Source: Obrimoposthia wandeli (Eukaryota). Taken from it: a DNA stretch of 64,000 bases. The DNA is taken from assembly GCA_977020255.1 (NCBI GenBank), contig CDROCS010000253.1, positions 3,720,001 to 3,784,000 of the forward strand, in the 5' to 3' direction. Numbering within the stretch: the first letter of the stretch is position 1; each line of letters opens with the position of its first letter. The position numbers were made by a program, and so were the translations under genes. The notes below the pieces were generated by a model that was not told where the DNA came from, did not search any database, and saw nothing but the letters and a program-made list of their open reading frames with translations. Positions 11,234 through 21,171 of the stretch are shown here, piece by piece.

Positions 11234-12154
11234 ATGTGGCATTGCATTGAACAAGCCATTAGCGTTGAAACCGGGAAACCATTTTATATTTCGGACAAAC
11301 AACAAATATCAACAAGGGGCGCCAGTACCACCTCATTCACTGGTTTATATGATAATAAAGAGCCACCAGCCAATTTATCGTTCAAAATTACTGATGGCCA
11401 TCGCAGTTATTTTTTAAAAATTAATAGCAAAAACTACCTAGATAACTTCCAAGCGGAAGCATATTCATTAAAGCAACTTAACAGCTTAGCTAATATTGCC
11501 AGTCCAAAAGTGATGGGCATAGGCACTAGCTTAGACAAAAGCTTCTTAATACTCGATTATGTTGATTTTAGTAAAGCAAAACCTATTCTTTGGTATCAAC
11601 TGGGTCAACAACTCGCTCAAATGCATTATGACACTCGCCATGGACAATTCGGTTGGCAACATGATAATTTCATTGGTAGTACCATTCAGCCTAATCATTG
11701 GAGCAGTAACTGGACCACCTTTTTTTCTGACCAACGCATCGCTTGGCAATTACAATTACTATCAGAGCGTTCAATTATGCTAGGTAGTATTGAACATATC
11801 ACCCAAGTTTGTCACGACGCACTACTTCATCATCAAGTAACACCTTGTTTAGTACATGGTGATTTATGGCAAGGTAATACTGGATTTAGCAATGAGCAAG
11901 CGATGATTTTTGACCCTGCTTGCTATTATGGTGATCGAGAGGTTGATATTGCCATGACTGAACTATTTGGCCACTTTCCTGATGATTTTTATCATGGCTA
12001 CCAAGCAGAGTACCCTTTAGATGATGGTTATGAGCAAAGGAAGTTAGTCTATAATTTTTACCATATTTTAAATCACGCTAATATTTTTGGCGGCATTTAT
12101 ATTGATCAAGCCAAAGCAACGTTATCGAGAATTATGTCATTGCCATTACACTAA
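11234..12154 (+). CDS. fructosamine kinase family protein
   Basis: FGWQHDNFIGST, LVHGDLWQGN, FDPACYYGDREVDIAMTELFG; ATG 11234 preferred over TTG 11222. Confidence 0.88.
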   Translation: MWHCIEQAISVETGKPFYISDKQQISTRGASTTSFTGLYDNKEPPANLSFKITDGHRSYFLKINSKNYLDNFQAEAYSLKQLNSLANIASPKVMGIGTSLDKSFLILDYVDFSKAKPILWYQLGQQLAQMHYDTRHGQFGWQHDNFIGSTIQPNHWSSNWTTFFSDQRIAWQLQLLSERSIMLGSIEHITQVCHDALLHHQVTPCLVHGDLWQGNTGFSNEQAMIFDPACYYGDREVDIAMTELFGHFPDDFYHGYQAEYPLDDGYEQRKLVYNFYHILNHANIFGGIYIDQAKATLSRIMSLPLH

Positions 12155-12288
12155 TCATTTAGATACGCGGCCAACTAGTCAATAATCATTAAACCGCTGG
12201 CTATTTTGGTAATTTAGCTAAAAGTAGCCATACTCAATAAATAATGTATAACTACTTAAAACTATTTTTCTTTCCTTACGGAGGCTAT

Positions 12289-12495
12289 ATGACCATTAAA
12301 CTCACTGAAAAGCGCATTACTTGTCCTCATTGTGGTCACCATTTACACGCAACACTAGATGCCTCGGCTGGTGATCAAGATTATTATGATGAATGCCCTG
12401 CTTGTTGTATGGAAATTCACTACAATTTGCATGTTGATGAATATAGAAAAAAGATTCAATTAACCGTAGATAGTGATGATGAACAAGTCTTCTAG
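12289..12495 (+). CDS. CPXCG-motif cysteine-rich small protein
   Basis: CPHCG and DECPACC motifs; GGAGG SD before ATG 12289. Confidence 0.8.
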   Translation: MTIKLTEKRITCPHCGHHLHATLDASAGDQDYYDECPACCMEIHYNLHVDEYRKKIQLTVDSDDEQVF

Positions 12496-12649
12496 ATTTC
12501 CTCATTCATGTCCAAGTAAACTGTACTCATAGAAACCTCTTTATAAGACACTTTTTGCCTTGTTTGCTCAAGCTATCTCCTCTATGATGCTTGAAATTTA
12601 GCAATACCCAATAATCTTCCCCCTCTTCCTTATTAAAGTAACCAACGAC

Positions 12650-14047
12650 ATGAATTTAGCTGACTTCTTCACCCACAGTAAAAGCTTATTAAAGCTCACT
12701 TACCCTATTTTAATCGCGCAATTAATTCAAAATTTAATGGGCTTTGTTGATATTGTTATGGCAGGACGTGTGAGCGCTACTGACTTAGCCGCGGTAGCTG
12801 TTGCAAATAGCATTTGGCTCCCCTTGATATTGACCATTTACGGCTTAATCATGGCGCTTTCAGCGATTGTTTCTCAGCTTGCAGGTGGTAAAAAGTATAA
12901 CGACATAGTAGAGCAAACGTATCAAACAGCTTGGATAGCCTTAGTGCTCGGTTTATCGTTAATCGGTCTTTATTACCTACTCACCCCAATAGTTGCACCA
13001 ATGGTTACCTTAGACGGTAATCTTGAAGCATTAATGTTTGATTATTTAGGTTTTATTGTCTGGGGCGCTCCAGGGTATTGTTTATACCTTGTGCTAAGAA
13101 ACTACTCTGAAGGCCTTTCATATACTAAACCAACCATGATCATTAGCATCATTGGTTTACTGGTAAATATTCCAGCAAACTATATATTTATCTATGGTAA
13201 ATTTGGTATGCCTGCTCTTGGTGGTGCCGGTTGTGGCATAGCCACAGCATTGGTTTACTGGTCAATGTTTGTCAGTATGCTTATTTATTGCTTTTATTCA
13301 AAGGTGCTTAAACAAGCAAATTTATTTAGTGCTTTTTATTGGCCTGTATTGACTGAAATAAAAGCAATCCTTGCCCTAGGTATTCCTATCGCTTTGTCTT
13401 TACTTTTTGAAGTCAGTCTTTTTGCCATTGTTGCTATCATTTTAGTGCCCTTTGGCTCGCAAGTGGTCGCAAGTCACCAAGTAGCCTTAAACTTTACCGG
13501 CTTAGTGTTTATGGTCCCCTTAAGTATAGCCATGGCGACAACAATTAAAGTCGGCTTTGCTATTGGTAATAAAAATTTCAAACAAGCCAGGGACTATACT
13601 ATGTACTCAATTGTACTTGGCCTAGCGCTCGCGTGTATCACAGCTATGATAACTGTGCTGTTCAGAACAGAAATTGCTGGCATTTATAGTACAGAAGCCC
13701 CCGTTATTGAATTAGCAGCTAGCCTAATGTTACTGGCCACTATTTATCAATTTTCAGATACCATTCAGGTTGTCTCAGCGGGCGCATTACGTGGTTACAA
13801 AGACACTAAATCTATATTATATATAACCTTCGTATCTTATTGGCTGGTCGGTTTATCGGTTGGTTTAATTTTAGGTATAACAGATTGGGTTGTTCCTAAA
13901 ATGGGCCCCTATGGTTTTTGGATAGGTTTTATCGTTGGTTTAACCACAGCAGCAGTATTACTTGCTTGGCGCTTACAAGTAATTCAACAGCGCATTAAAA
14001 ATGGTGAATTATTACAGGAAGATAATAAGCAGGAAGCACAAGCGTAA
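12650..14047 (+). CDS. norM: MATE family efflux transporter (NorM-like)
   Basis: multi-TM pattern; GRVSATDLAAVAVA, GMPALGGAGCGIAT, GALRGYKDT. Confidence 0.88.
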   Translation: MNLADFFTHSKSLLKLTYPILIAQLIQNLMGFVDIVMAGRVSATDLAAVAVANSIWLPLILTIYGLIMALSAIVSQLAGGKKYNDIVEQTYQTAWIALVLGLSLIGLYYLLTPIVAPMVTLDGNLEALMFDYLGFIVWGAPGYCLYLVLRNYSEGLSYTKPTMIISIIGLLVNIPANYIFIYGKFGMPALGGAGCGIATALVYWSMFVSMLIYCFYSKVLKQANLFSAFYWPVLTEIKAILALGIPIALSLLFEVSLFAIVAIILVPFGSQVVASHQVALNFTGLVFMVPLSIAMATTIKVGFAIGNKNFKQARDYTMYSIVLGLALACITAMITVLFRTEIAGIYSTEAPVIELAASLMLLATIYQFSDTIQVVSAGALRGYKDTKSILYITFVSYWLVGLSVGLILGITDWVVPKMGPYGFWIGFIVGLTTAAVLLAWRLQVIQQRIKNGELLQEDNKQEAQA

Positions 14048-14192
14048 CTATTTACGAGATGACTAGCTCCATATTCAACCACTTTGTTTATTTAGCAAGC
14101 ATGTAGCACTTATTTATCAATGAATTAAACAAAATCGCTTGCAAGGCGATTAAGCAGAAGCTAACATAGCCCTCGTTGAGTTATCAACATGT

Positions 14193-14269
14193 GCTCGCTT
14201 AGCTCAGTTGGTTAGAGTACTTGCATGACATGCAAGGTGTCACAGGTTCGAGTCCCGTAGCGAGCACCA
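14193..14269 (+). tRNA. tRNA-Val(GAC)
   Basis: 77-nt cloverleaf: acceptor GCTCGCT/AGCGAGC, anticodon arm CTTGC-ATGACAT-GCAAG, T-loop TTCGAGT, encoded CCA. Confidence 0.96.
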
Positions 14270-14294
14270 AATTAGGGTTTAATAACCCTCTAAG

Positions 14295-14337
14295 AAAACC
14301 CGTAAAGCCCATAACCAAAGGTTTTACGGGTTTTTTT
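14295..14337 (+). terminator. hairpin/terminator after tRNA-Val
   Basis: AAAACCCGTAAAGCC...GGTTTTACGGGTTTTTTT. Confidence 0.65.
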
Positions 14338-14435
14338 ATGTCTAAAGCTATTTCATAGCGTTCTTTGAAATCCACGCTTTTTAGTAGTACTGTAGGTAGT
14401 ACCAGTTGAAAATACAACAAAGCGGTACTACTAAA

Positions 14436-15677
14436 ATGGCTAGAAGCGTTACTCCACTTACTAACACTGAAGTAAAACAAGCAAAACCAAAAGATAAGCT
14501 TTATAAGCTTGTCGATGGTGGTGGTTTACAATAAAGAGTTAAGCCGACTGGCTCGAAGTCTTGGTTATTTGATTACTTTAAGCCTATTACTAAAAAACGA
14601 AGTTCAATGGGCTTTGGTACATACCCTGAAGTTTCATTAGCTGAAGCTAGAAAAAAACGGGTAGCCGCAAGAGAGCTTTTAGCCAAAGACATTGACCCCA
14701 AAGAATTCAAAGACGATAAACATCGCGAACAAATACTTGCTGCTAGTCATACGTTAAAAAGTGTGGCTATTGATTGGTTTGCTGTTAAAAAAACAACCAT
14801 TGCAGAAAATACCGCTAAAAGCTTATGGCGTAAGTTTGAAAACCACGTATTTCCCAAATTAGGCCACAGGCCAATAGATAAAATATTAGCGCCTGAAGCT
14901 ATTGAAGCATTAAAACCATTAGCAGCTAAAGGTAATTTAGAAACTACAGGCAAAATAATAGGTCACTTAAACAACATAATGACTCATGCGGTTAATACGG
15001 GGATATTACATCATAACCCTTTGTCGGGTATTCGCAGCGCATTTCAAACAGCCAAAGCTACCAATATGGCAACCATTAGACCCAATGAACTTGGTAAGCT
15101 AATGAGTGATATAAGTTACGCCAGCATTAAGTTAGTTACTCGATGTTTAATTGAATGGCAATTGCATACCATGACCCGCCCTAGTGAAAGTGCAAAAGCA
15201 AAATGGTCAGAAATTGATTTAGAAAATCAGCTTTGGACTATACCTGCCGAACGAATGAAAATGAGGTTAGAGCATAAAGTCCCTTTAACGCCACAAACCA
15301 TTGAAATATTAACGCGTTTAAAACCACTAAGTGGTGACAGAAAGCACCTATTCCCTTCTTACATTGATCATAATAAACACTGTAATGTTGAATCAGCAAA
15401 TAAAGCACTAGGTCGCATGGGTTATAAAAATAAGTTGGTTGCTCATGGTTTACGCGCTTTAGCCAGCACTACACTGAATGAACAAGGGCATGATCCTGAC
15501 GTTATTGAAGCAGCTCTATCACATGTAGATAAAAATGAAGTAAGACGTGCTTATAATCGTGCTGAATACCTTGAACGTAGACGTGTGTTAATGTGCTGGT
15601 GGTCACAGCACATTGATAACGCTGCAAATGGAAAGACTAGTGTAGAAGATAACCTTAAGCATTTAAAAGTTGTTTAG
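14436..15677 (+). pseudogene. P4-like tyrosine integrase with in-frame stop at codon 33
   Basis: MARSVTPLTNTEVKQAKPKDKLYKLVDGGGLQ-TAA(14532-14534)-RVKPTGSKSW continues in frame into ORF 14607-15677; catalytic TRPSE, AHGLR, LSH, RAY intact. Confidence 0.9.
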
Positions 15678-15752
15678 ATTATAAATGCTTTAAGTCCTTA
15701 TTCTTTTAACATTGAACAGCCTACATAGTGCCGCCCAGACAGAAAATAAGCT

Positions 15753-15789
15753 ACTGTTATTATGTGATTTAAAATAACATAATAACAGT
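15753..15789. repeat. perfect 13-bp inverted repeat downstream of the integrase
   Basis: ACTGTTATTATGT-11 nt-ACATAATAACAGT between convergent genes. Confidence 0.75.
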
Positions 15790-15895
15790 GATAGCCCGTT
15801 CTATAGCCCACAAGTAATTATCTATAATTGTAATGAATAATAGTCATTTTATTGTTTATTACTCACCATCGTAGGTTTCAATCTAGCTGATGATT

Positions 15896-16516
15896 TTACA
15901 AATTAAGTTTTGGCAAAATATCTCTATATGAATCTCTAATGCGAGTTATATCACCCAGAACAAGTACATTACCTGACATGCTTGCCAGATGAACTGCTGA
16001 TAACATAACTAATCCATTGGAGTTAGTGATAATTTGTTTGAGTAATTGTATTGGATAACCTTCACCATGACGTTTCATTGCATGAATGCCACCGTGAACA
16101 TAAGAACTCGAAGCTTTCCAAGTCACATCTCTAAATTCACTTAGCATGCGGGTCGCTTCCGCTGGAGCCTTTCCATCAATTTGTTTAATCATTTCAACAT
16201 GGGAAGGCAAGCCGTTGTCGGCATTCGCTGTATCAATCGATAGCTCTTGCATGATTCGTTCAACCTTTTTATCTGTAGCTCCCCACAACATCCAGACAGC
16301 CCTTGTCAGTGCATCAAATTGAAGCCTTAACAAAGATATTGCAGAGGTACAGTTCCCAATTCTTATTAGGTTTTGAAGTGAATGAGCATGCTCTATTGCG
16401 ACATCACACATAACCCAACTTCCTGACCATCGTTTATTGATTTGATTTGGGCCAAGCGAAATAATAGGGTTAATTTCATTTAAAAGAGCAGAAGAATCTG
16501 TAAGTAGTTTTTCCAT
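15896..16516 (-). CDS. DUF6988-like helical protein, possibly HEPN-related
   Basis: SAISLLRLQFDALTRAVW and SSYVHGGIH resemble that family (recalled, not searched). Confidence 0.5.
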   Translation of the reverse strand: MEKLLTDSSALLNEINPIISLGPNQINKRWSGSWVMCDVAIEHAHSLQNLIRIGNCTSAISLLRLQFDALTRAVWMLWGATDKKVERIMQELSIDTANADNGLPSHVEMIKQIDGKAPAEATRMLSEFRDVTWKASSSYVHGGIHAMKRHGEGYPIQLLKQIITNSNGLVMLSAVHLASMSGNVLVLGDITRIRDSYRDILPKLNL

Positions 16517-16521
16517 ACGTG

Positions 16522-17361
16522 CTAACTACCCACTTTTACTAAAAATATTTTTCGTAGTTCATCTGAGGTTTCACTAAAATGAGCTTCCCTATGATGGTTA
16601 GGACACAGAGCTATGACATTGCTAATATGGTCTATCCCTTTTTCAGATAAAGGAATTATGTGATGACTCTCTAGATATAAAGAGCCAGCTTTGGTTCTAA
16701 AACCTTCTTCACCACAGTGTTCACAATTACCCTTAGCACGTAATAAAGCCTTATCTCTCACAGCTTTGCTTCTTGGGTAAGCAAGAGAAGTCGATTCTTG
16801 CTTTTCAGGATCACTAATTACTTGTTCACGTAATATAAATTGATCAATATAAGGTGATGCAATTGTTCCTCGTTGCAGAACACAATTACCATCACCATCG
16901 TATTCTTTAATATACCAATCCACTGAATCCAAATTTCGCTTATCAGCAGTAGATTTACCTTCTTTAAGCTTTTCCTTCGGATTCTCATCACACATAATTA
17001 CACGAACAGGACATTTTAACCGCGCAGCTCTTTGTAAAGAAAAATCCATGTTAATAGCTCTTCTTATTCGAATGCCCTTAAAATCTTCAGCCTCAGCCCT
17101 CATGTTTAACGCTTGAATTATTGAACCATTTACTATTTCACAATTATCAAACCAAAGGTTTAATACGATGATATTTTTATCTCTATTTTCAAAAGACCAC
17201 TCATAGCAATATTTGGGATTAGATGCAGATTTTTCAGCTCCACCTTTAAAATTTTTCCAATCACTTACATTAATGCCAGCATCTTCTACTAGCTCGATGA
17301 TTTTTCTATGTAAGGTAGGTTTTAAATCGATTAATTCTTGTTCTACTTTAGAAACACTCAT
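16522..17361 (-). CDS. HNH endonuclease with uncharacterised N-terminal domain
   Basis: CEHC...YLESHHIIPLSEKGIDHISNVIALCPNHHREAH (McrA-like Zn-binding HNH). Confidence 0.88.
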   Translation of the reverse strand: MSVSKVEQELIDLKPTLHRKIIELVEDAGINVSDWKNFKGGAEKSASNPKYCYEWSFENRDKNIIVLNLWFDNCEIVNGSIIQALNMRAEAEDFKGIRIRRAINMDFSLQRAARLKCPVRVIMCDENPKEKLKEGKSTADKRNLDSVDWYIKEYDGDGNCVLQRGTIASPYIDQFILREQVISDPEKQESTSLAYPRSKAVRDKALLRAKGNCEHCGEEGFRTKAGSLYLESHHIIPLSEKGIDHISNVIALCPNHHREAHFSETSDELRKIFLVKVGS

Positions 17362-17636
17362 TGATTACCCATAAATATAAGTTTTATGCAGAAATTAAGA
17401 AATCTTGGGATTCACTTAACACAATATACAACACCTTCTTGCAGTGATTACAAAAAAAACTATTAACCATTAAAGATGTGAAGGTTACATCATGCCGCCC
17501 ATATCACCATAAGCGTTTGAATAACAATAGGTATATTAAAAAGTAAAAACAAATACCCCTGAACGTACCCTGTGTCTTATGATGCTTGGTAAAGTCTGTA
17601 ACACGATCTTTCAGATTAAGTCACCTCAAAGGAATT

Positions 17637-19226
17637 TCACCCAAGTCGCCCCAATGTTATCTGCAAAAAGTTATTTGCTTCAACCTGTGACCGATAAACT
17701 CCATTTTTCAATAACTCATATCTTTCTCGAAGCTTACCAATTACTTCACCATCAGAACTAAGTACCTTAGTCACATAGTCATCTTCATTATGCAGCTTAA
17801 TAAGTTGACCTACCTGTGCATTAACGCCAGGCTCCCAATTTACAGGGAGATTAGCACTGGTTCCTTTCCAAACAGTATCTGATTTTGGTTTGTATTCGCT
17901 AATGAATGCTTTCCACAGTTTTGCAGTGTTTGCACCCATAAAATCTAGTACAGAGATATATGCTGTTAATCTTTCTGACGATAGCCACTCTTTAAACTCA
18001 ATACTATTCAAAAAAGAGGCATCTGTAGATTTAATTGAATTGATTGCCTCTAAACGTGAACTAAAGCCAGCTTGCATCAACATTGCAGCTCTTCTATTCA
18101 AGCTGCCATTTTCAACTGCTGGAACAATTAATCCTACTTCAAAATCATCAATAGTCATCCCATCAGAAATAACATCACCATTAGCTTGAGCACGAACTCG
18201 TAGAGCTTCTAATCCCCATGGAAGACGATAAACTAAACCATCTTCAACAAATCGTAATGTATCATCAATTGAATTAAAATCTTGATCACGAAGTGATTCA
18301 CCCTTTAGCCAGGCAGAGATAATTTCACGCCAATCATCTGGTAATATATTAGGCGTAAAAGGAGGTATTACAAACAGTAGTTCGGCTAATTTAGTTATTG
18401 CCGTTATAGCTTTCAGTACCTCAGCACCATCAAGATAGGCGTTAGCTCCAGTCAGTAACTGATTTCCTTCGGGGGCTGATTCATCTAACATTTTCCCCGT
18501 AGCTAAACCAACGCCTGCAAGATAGTAACCTTTCCTTTGATCAACAGTAGTTAAATTCCATATATGACGACCTCTCTGAACTAAAACGTTTTTAAAAATA
18601 ATTTGGATTTCTTCTTGCCGACGATTCAACCTACGCTGTAATAAAGATGACTGAAGTAGCTCATCAAGAACATTTGGAATATCATCAATTGAGATATTTT
18701 CTTCGCCCAACATACTTAAGAGTGCAGTATCTAAACTGACTAAATGGTTATCCCATGCATTTCTATTTTCTTCATTCTGCTGATTCAGCTCATGCGGTAC
18801 AGTTGGGAAAGTCCAAATAGCCGTATTGTTCATCACATATTCAAGCACTTGCTCAGAAGATTGAGTCTGTAAACTGGTAGCAATTCTTTGTATGAATGAA
18901 GCGATTAACCTAAACAAACCACTTTCCATATTGCGAGCGTTAGTATTATTAACTAATGCTCGCCATTGATTTCTACGCCAAGTTACCTTGTCGTAGATAG
19001 GATGTAGCACTAAGCCATGAGTATCTACAAACGCTCGTCCAGCTCGTCCAACAACATTCTTGAATTCTGATATATCGATTACCTTGCCACTTCTACGAAC
19101 AGAATAAACAATTAAAGCCGTTGCAGCTAAATTCAAGCCTTGCGCTAATGTTGGAGACGATATAGTGATTTTTAATATCCCATCTCTTAAAAGCTTTTCC
19201 ATTTCCTTTCTAAAAGGTGTAGGCAA
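17637..19226 (-). pseudogene. C-terminal half of a Ski2-like SF2 helicase (5' truncated)
   Basis: starts abruptly at LPTPFRKEMEKLL; retains SPTLAQGLNL (motif V) and VGRAGRAF (motif VI) but lacks Walker A and DExH; in-frame TAA at 19245-19247. Confidence 0.8.
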
Positions 19227-19227
19227 A

Positions 19228-20639
19228 TTAACTAGGACACTCGCTTATAAATAACCTGAAATAAAACAATAACACATGTGAAATATTCACTCAAAAGAAG
19301 CTAGAGAATCTCTAATAACTAAAATAGATATTAAGTCGTGTTAAATTTACAGTGAAACATGATGTTTAGTGTTTGTTATGATTTTTTTAGGCAGAGAAAT
19401 ACACATCAGAGTTGATGTTGGTCGATATAGAGTAAATTCAGAGGTTACGCTTCGATTATTACGCTAACAATTTATCACAGCAATTTACATTCGTTCGTCG
19501 CTTTAAACCTTTATGCTCACAGTAATCAGTCAATACATCGCTATGACCTACAGCGCCATGAAAGAGTTTTCTAAAGTCTTTACTTAACGTTAGCCAGTTC
19601 TCAGGGTTTATATTAAGTCGCGTTAATAACACAGGTTGCTTTGCTTCAATGTGACCTGCTTTATCTTCACGAAGACAACGTCCTGTCAGTTCAATTAATT
19701 CAAGATAATCGATTAACTCAAACGGTAAACCTTTTGGCATCGTTTTTCGTGGATCACCCACAAAAGGAAGTAGCCTTGATGGTTGTTTCGCTTTTTTAGC
19801 TGCCATTATCCGTTGCTTTACGCTCGTATAATCTGAGCTTTCAGGCGTTTGAGCTATATTCGCTCTTACGGGGTTTAAATCAACATAAGCCATACAAGCT
19901 GCAAGTGCTGCTTCATCTAATAAGGCTTGCGATTTAAACCGGCCTTCCCAAAAATGACCGGTGCAGTTATCTTCTTGGTTCGCTTGTCTAGCAATACTTT
20001 GGTTTAGTAAGCGCATAAACCAGCTAATATCCATCAAGCGATTACGATAGACCTCAACCGTTTCAAGTAAAGAAACCAGTAAATAGTCAGGAATTTCTTC
20101 ACCACGAGAAAACTGCTGCGTTATTAACGTGCCTTTAAATAGTTGATGCCAGCGCTCAAGTACTTCACTTGTTGTCCAGGCTTTCGCTGTCGCTTCATCG
20201 ACAAAAAGTACCATATGAGTATGGTTACTCATAATAGCGTAAGCGCATACGTCGATAGCAAAGACCTGACTTAAAGCGAGTAATTTATCTTCTACCCAAC
20301 CTCGTCTGTGGTCAAAATTCTGGCCTGTAGTTTTATCCTCACCACAAAGGTAAGCGCGGCGAACACAACGAGAAATACAATGGTAATAAGCCGTGTCGGC
20401 TAAGCTAATTAATTGTTTTCTAGCTGTTGTCATGTAGAGACCTTTCACATCCAAGTTATTTATTAACCCTAGTTGCGCTGTTCATATAATTCAACTTTGA
20501 GCGACTGTCCTTGTTAAACCTTGTTAAACATCAATTGTTTTCTAGCGGTTGTCATGTAGAGACCTTTCACATCCAAGTTATTTATTAACCCTAGTTGCGC
20601 TGTTCATATAATTCAACTTTGAGCGACTGTCCTTGTTAA
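19228..20639 (-). mobile_element. HUH/Y1 transposase element bounded by 18-bp imperfect inverted repeats, right end duplicated
   Basis: 19228-19245 reverse complement AGCGAGTGTCCTAGTTAA vs AGCGACTGTCCTTGTTAA at 20500-20517 and 20622-20639 (16/18). Confidence 0.7.
19459..20433 (-). CDS. Y1/HUH transposase (RAYT/IS200-related family)
   Basis: YYHCISRCVRR, MSNHTHMVL (HUH), FWEGRFKSQ, YVDLNPVRA; start set at MTTARK (20433). Confidence 0.85.
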   Translation of the reverse strand: MTTARKQLISLADTAYYHCISRCVRRAYLCGEDKTTGQNFDHRRGWVEDKLLALSQVFAIDVCAYAIMSNHTHMVLFVDEATAKAWTTSEVLERWHQLFKGTLITQQFSRGEEIPDYLLVSLLETVEVYRNRLMDISWFMRLLNQSIARQANQEDNCTGHFWEGRFKSQALLDEAALAACMAYVDLNPVRANIAQTPESSDYTSVKQRIMAAKKAKQPSRLLPFVGDPRKTMPKGLPFELIDYLELIELTGRCLREDKAGHIEAKQPVLLTRLNINPENWLTLSKDFRKLFHGAVGHSDVLTDYCEHKGLKRRTNVNCCDKLLA

Positions 20640-20641
20640 AC
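20411..20641. repeat. tandem duplication, period 122 bp (109-bp copies, 1 mismatch)
   Basis: 20411-20519 and 20533-20641 differ only at 20425/20547; covers the first transposase codons, its upstream region and the element end. Confidence 0.92.
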
Positions 20642-20744
20642 TTTTGTTAAACTTACAGACCTATATCATCTCTTTGCATTACTACATAAATACATTAAGG
20701 AGCTGAATAACAAAAATGAAAAAGTTTATATTAGTGATAAGCCA

Positions 20745-21035
20745 ATGACAGAAAATCAGATACTAGATGCTGCAGCGGAAATACTAGCCTGTAAATACGT
20801 ACGTAAAGATGCTTTTACCAGTAGTCAAGCAACTAAGGATTTCCTTCGGTTTAAGCTAGCCAACAAAGAACATGAAATTTTTGCGGTCATGTTGTTAGAT
20901 AACCAACACCAGGTGATTAATTTTGTTGAGCTATTCAGGAGGATTAAAGATGCAAGTGCGGTATATCCACGAGAAGTAGTTAACCTTAAGGCCAGGGTTG
21001 GTAATTATCAATTAACAATGGATGTCATAGTGTAG
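20745..21035 (+). pseudogene. radC: truncated RadC/JAB-domain gene
   Basis: EHEIFAVMLLDNQHQVI...VYPREVV then unrelated sequence from about 20982; HNHPSG JAB motif missing. Confidence 0.8.
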
Positions 21036-21171
21036 TGGCATAGTTATCTCTATTCTCTCTCTAGTTATTTTTTTGGGGATTCGTCAGAAACAGCAACCTT
21101 GAATACATCTTAAATATGTTAAAGCATTCTGTTAGAATAATGGGCTATTGATTAAAGAATACCGAGTCAGC

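Larger units (their letters stand above)
14270..21035. mobile_element. degenerate integrative island at tRNA-Val; right boundary uncertain (between 21035 and about 23300)
   Basis: P4-type integrase directly after tRNA, radC remnant, defence-like cargo and transposase; no attR copy of the tRNA 3' end found by eye. Confidence 0.65.

Noticed and set aside
14199-14480. 93-aa minus-strand ORF
   Set aside because: Overlaps tRNA-Val and the integrase 5' end on the opposite strand; shadow ORF.
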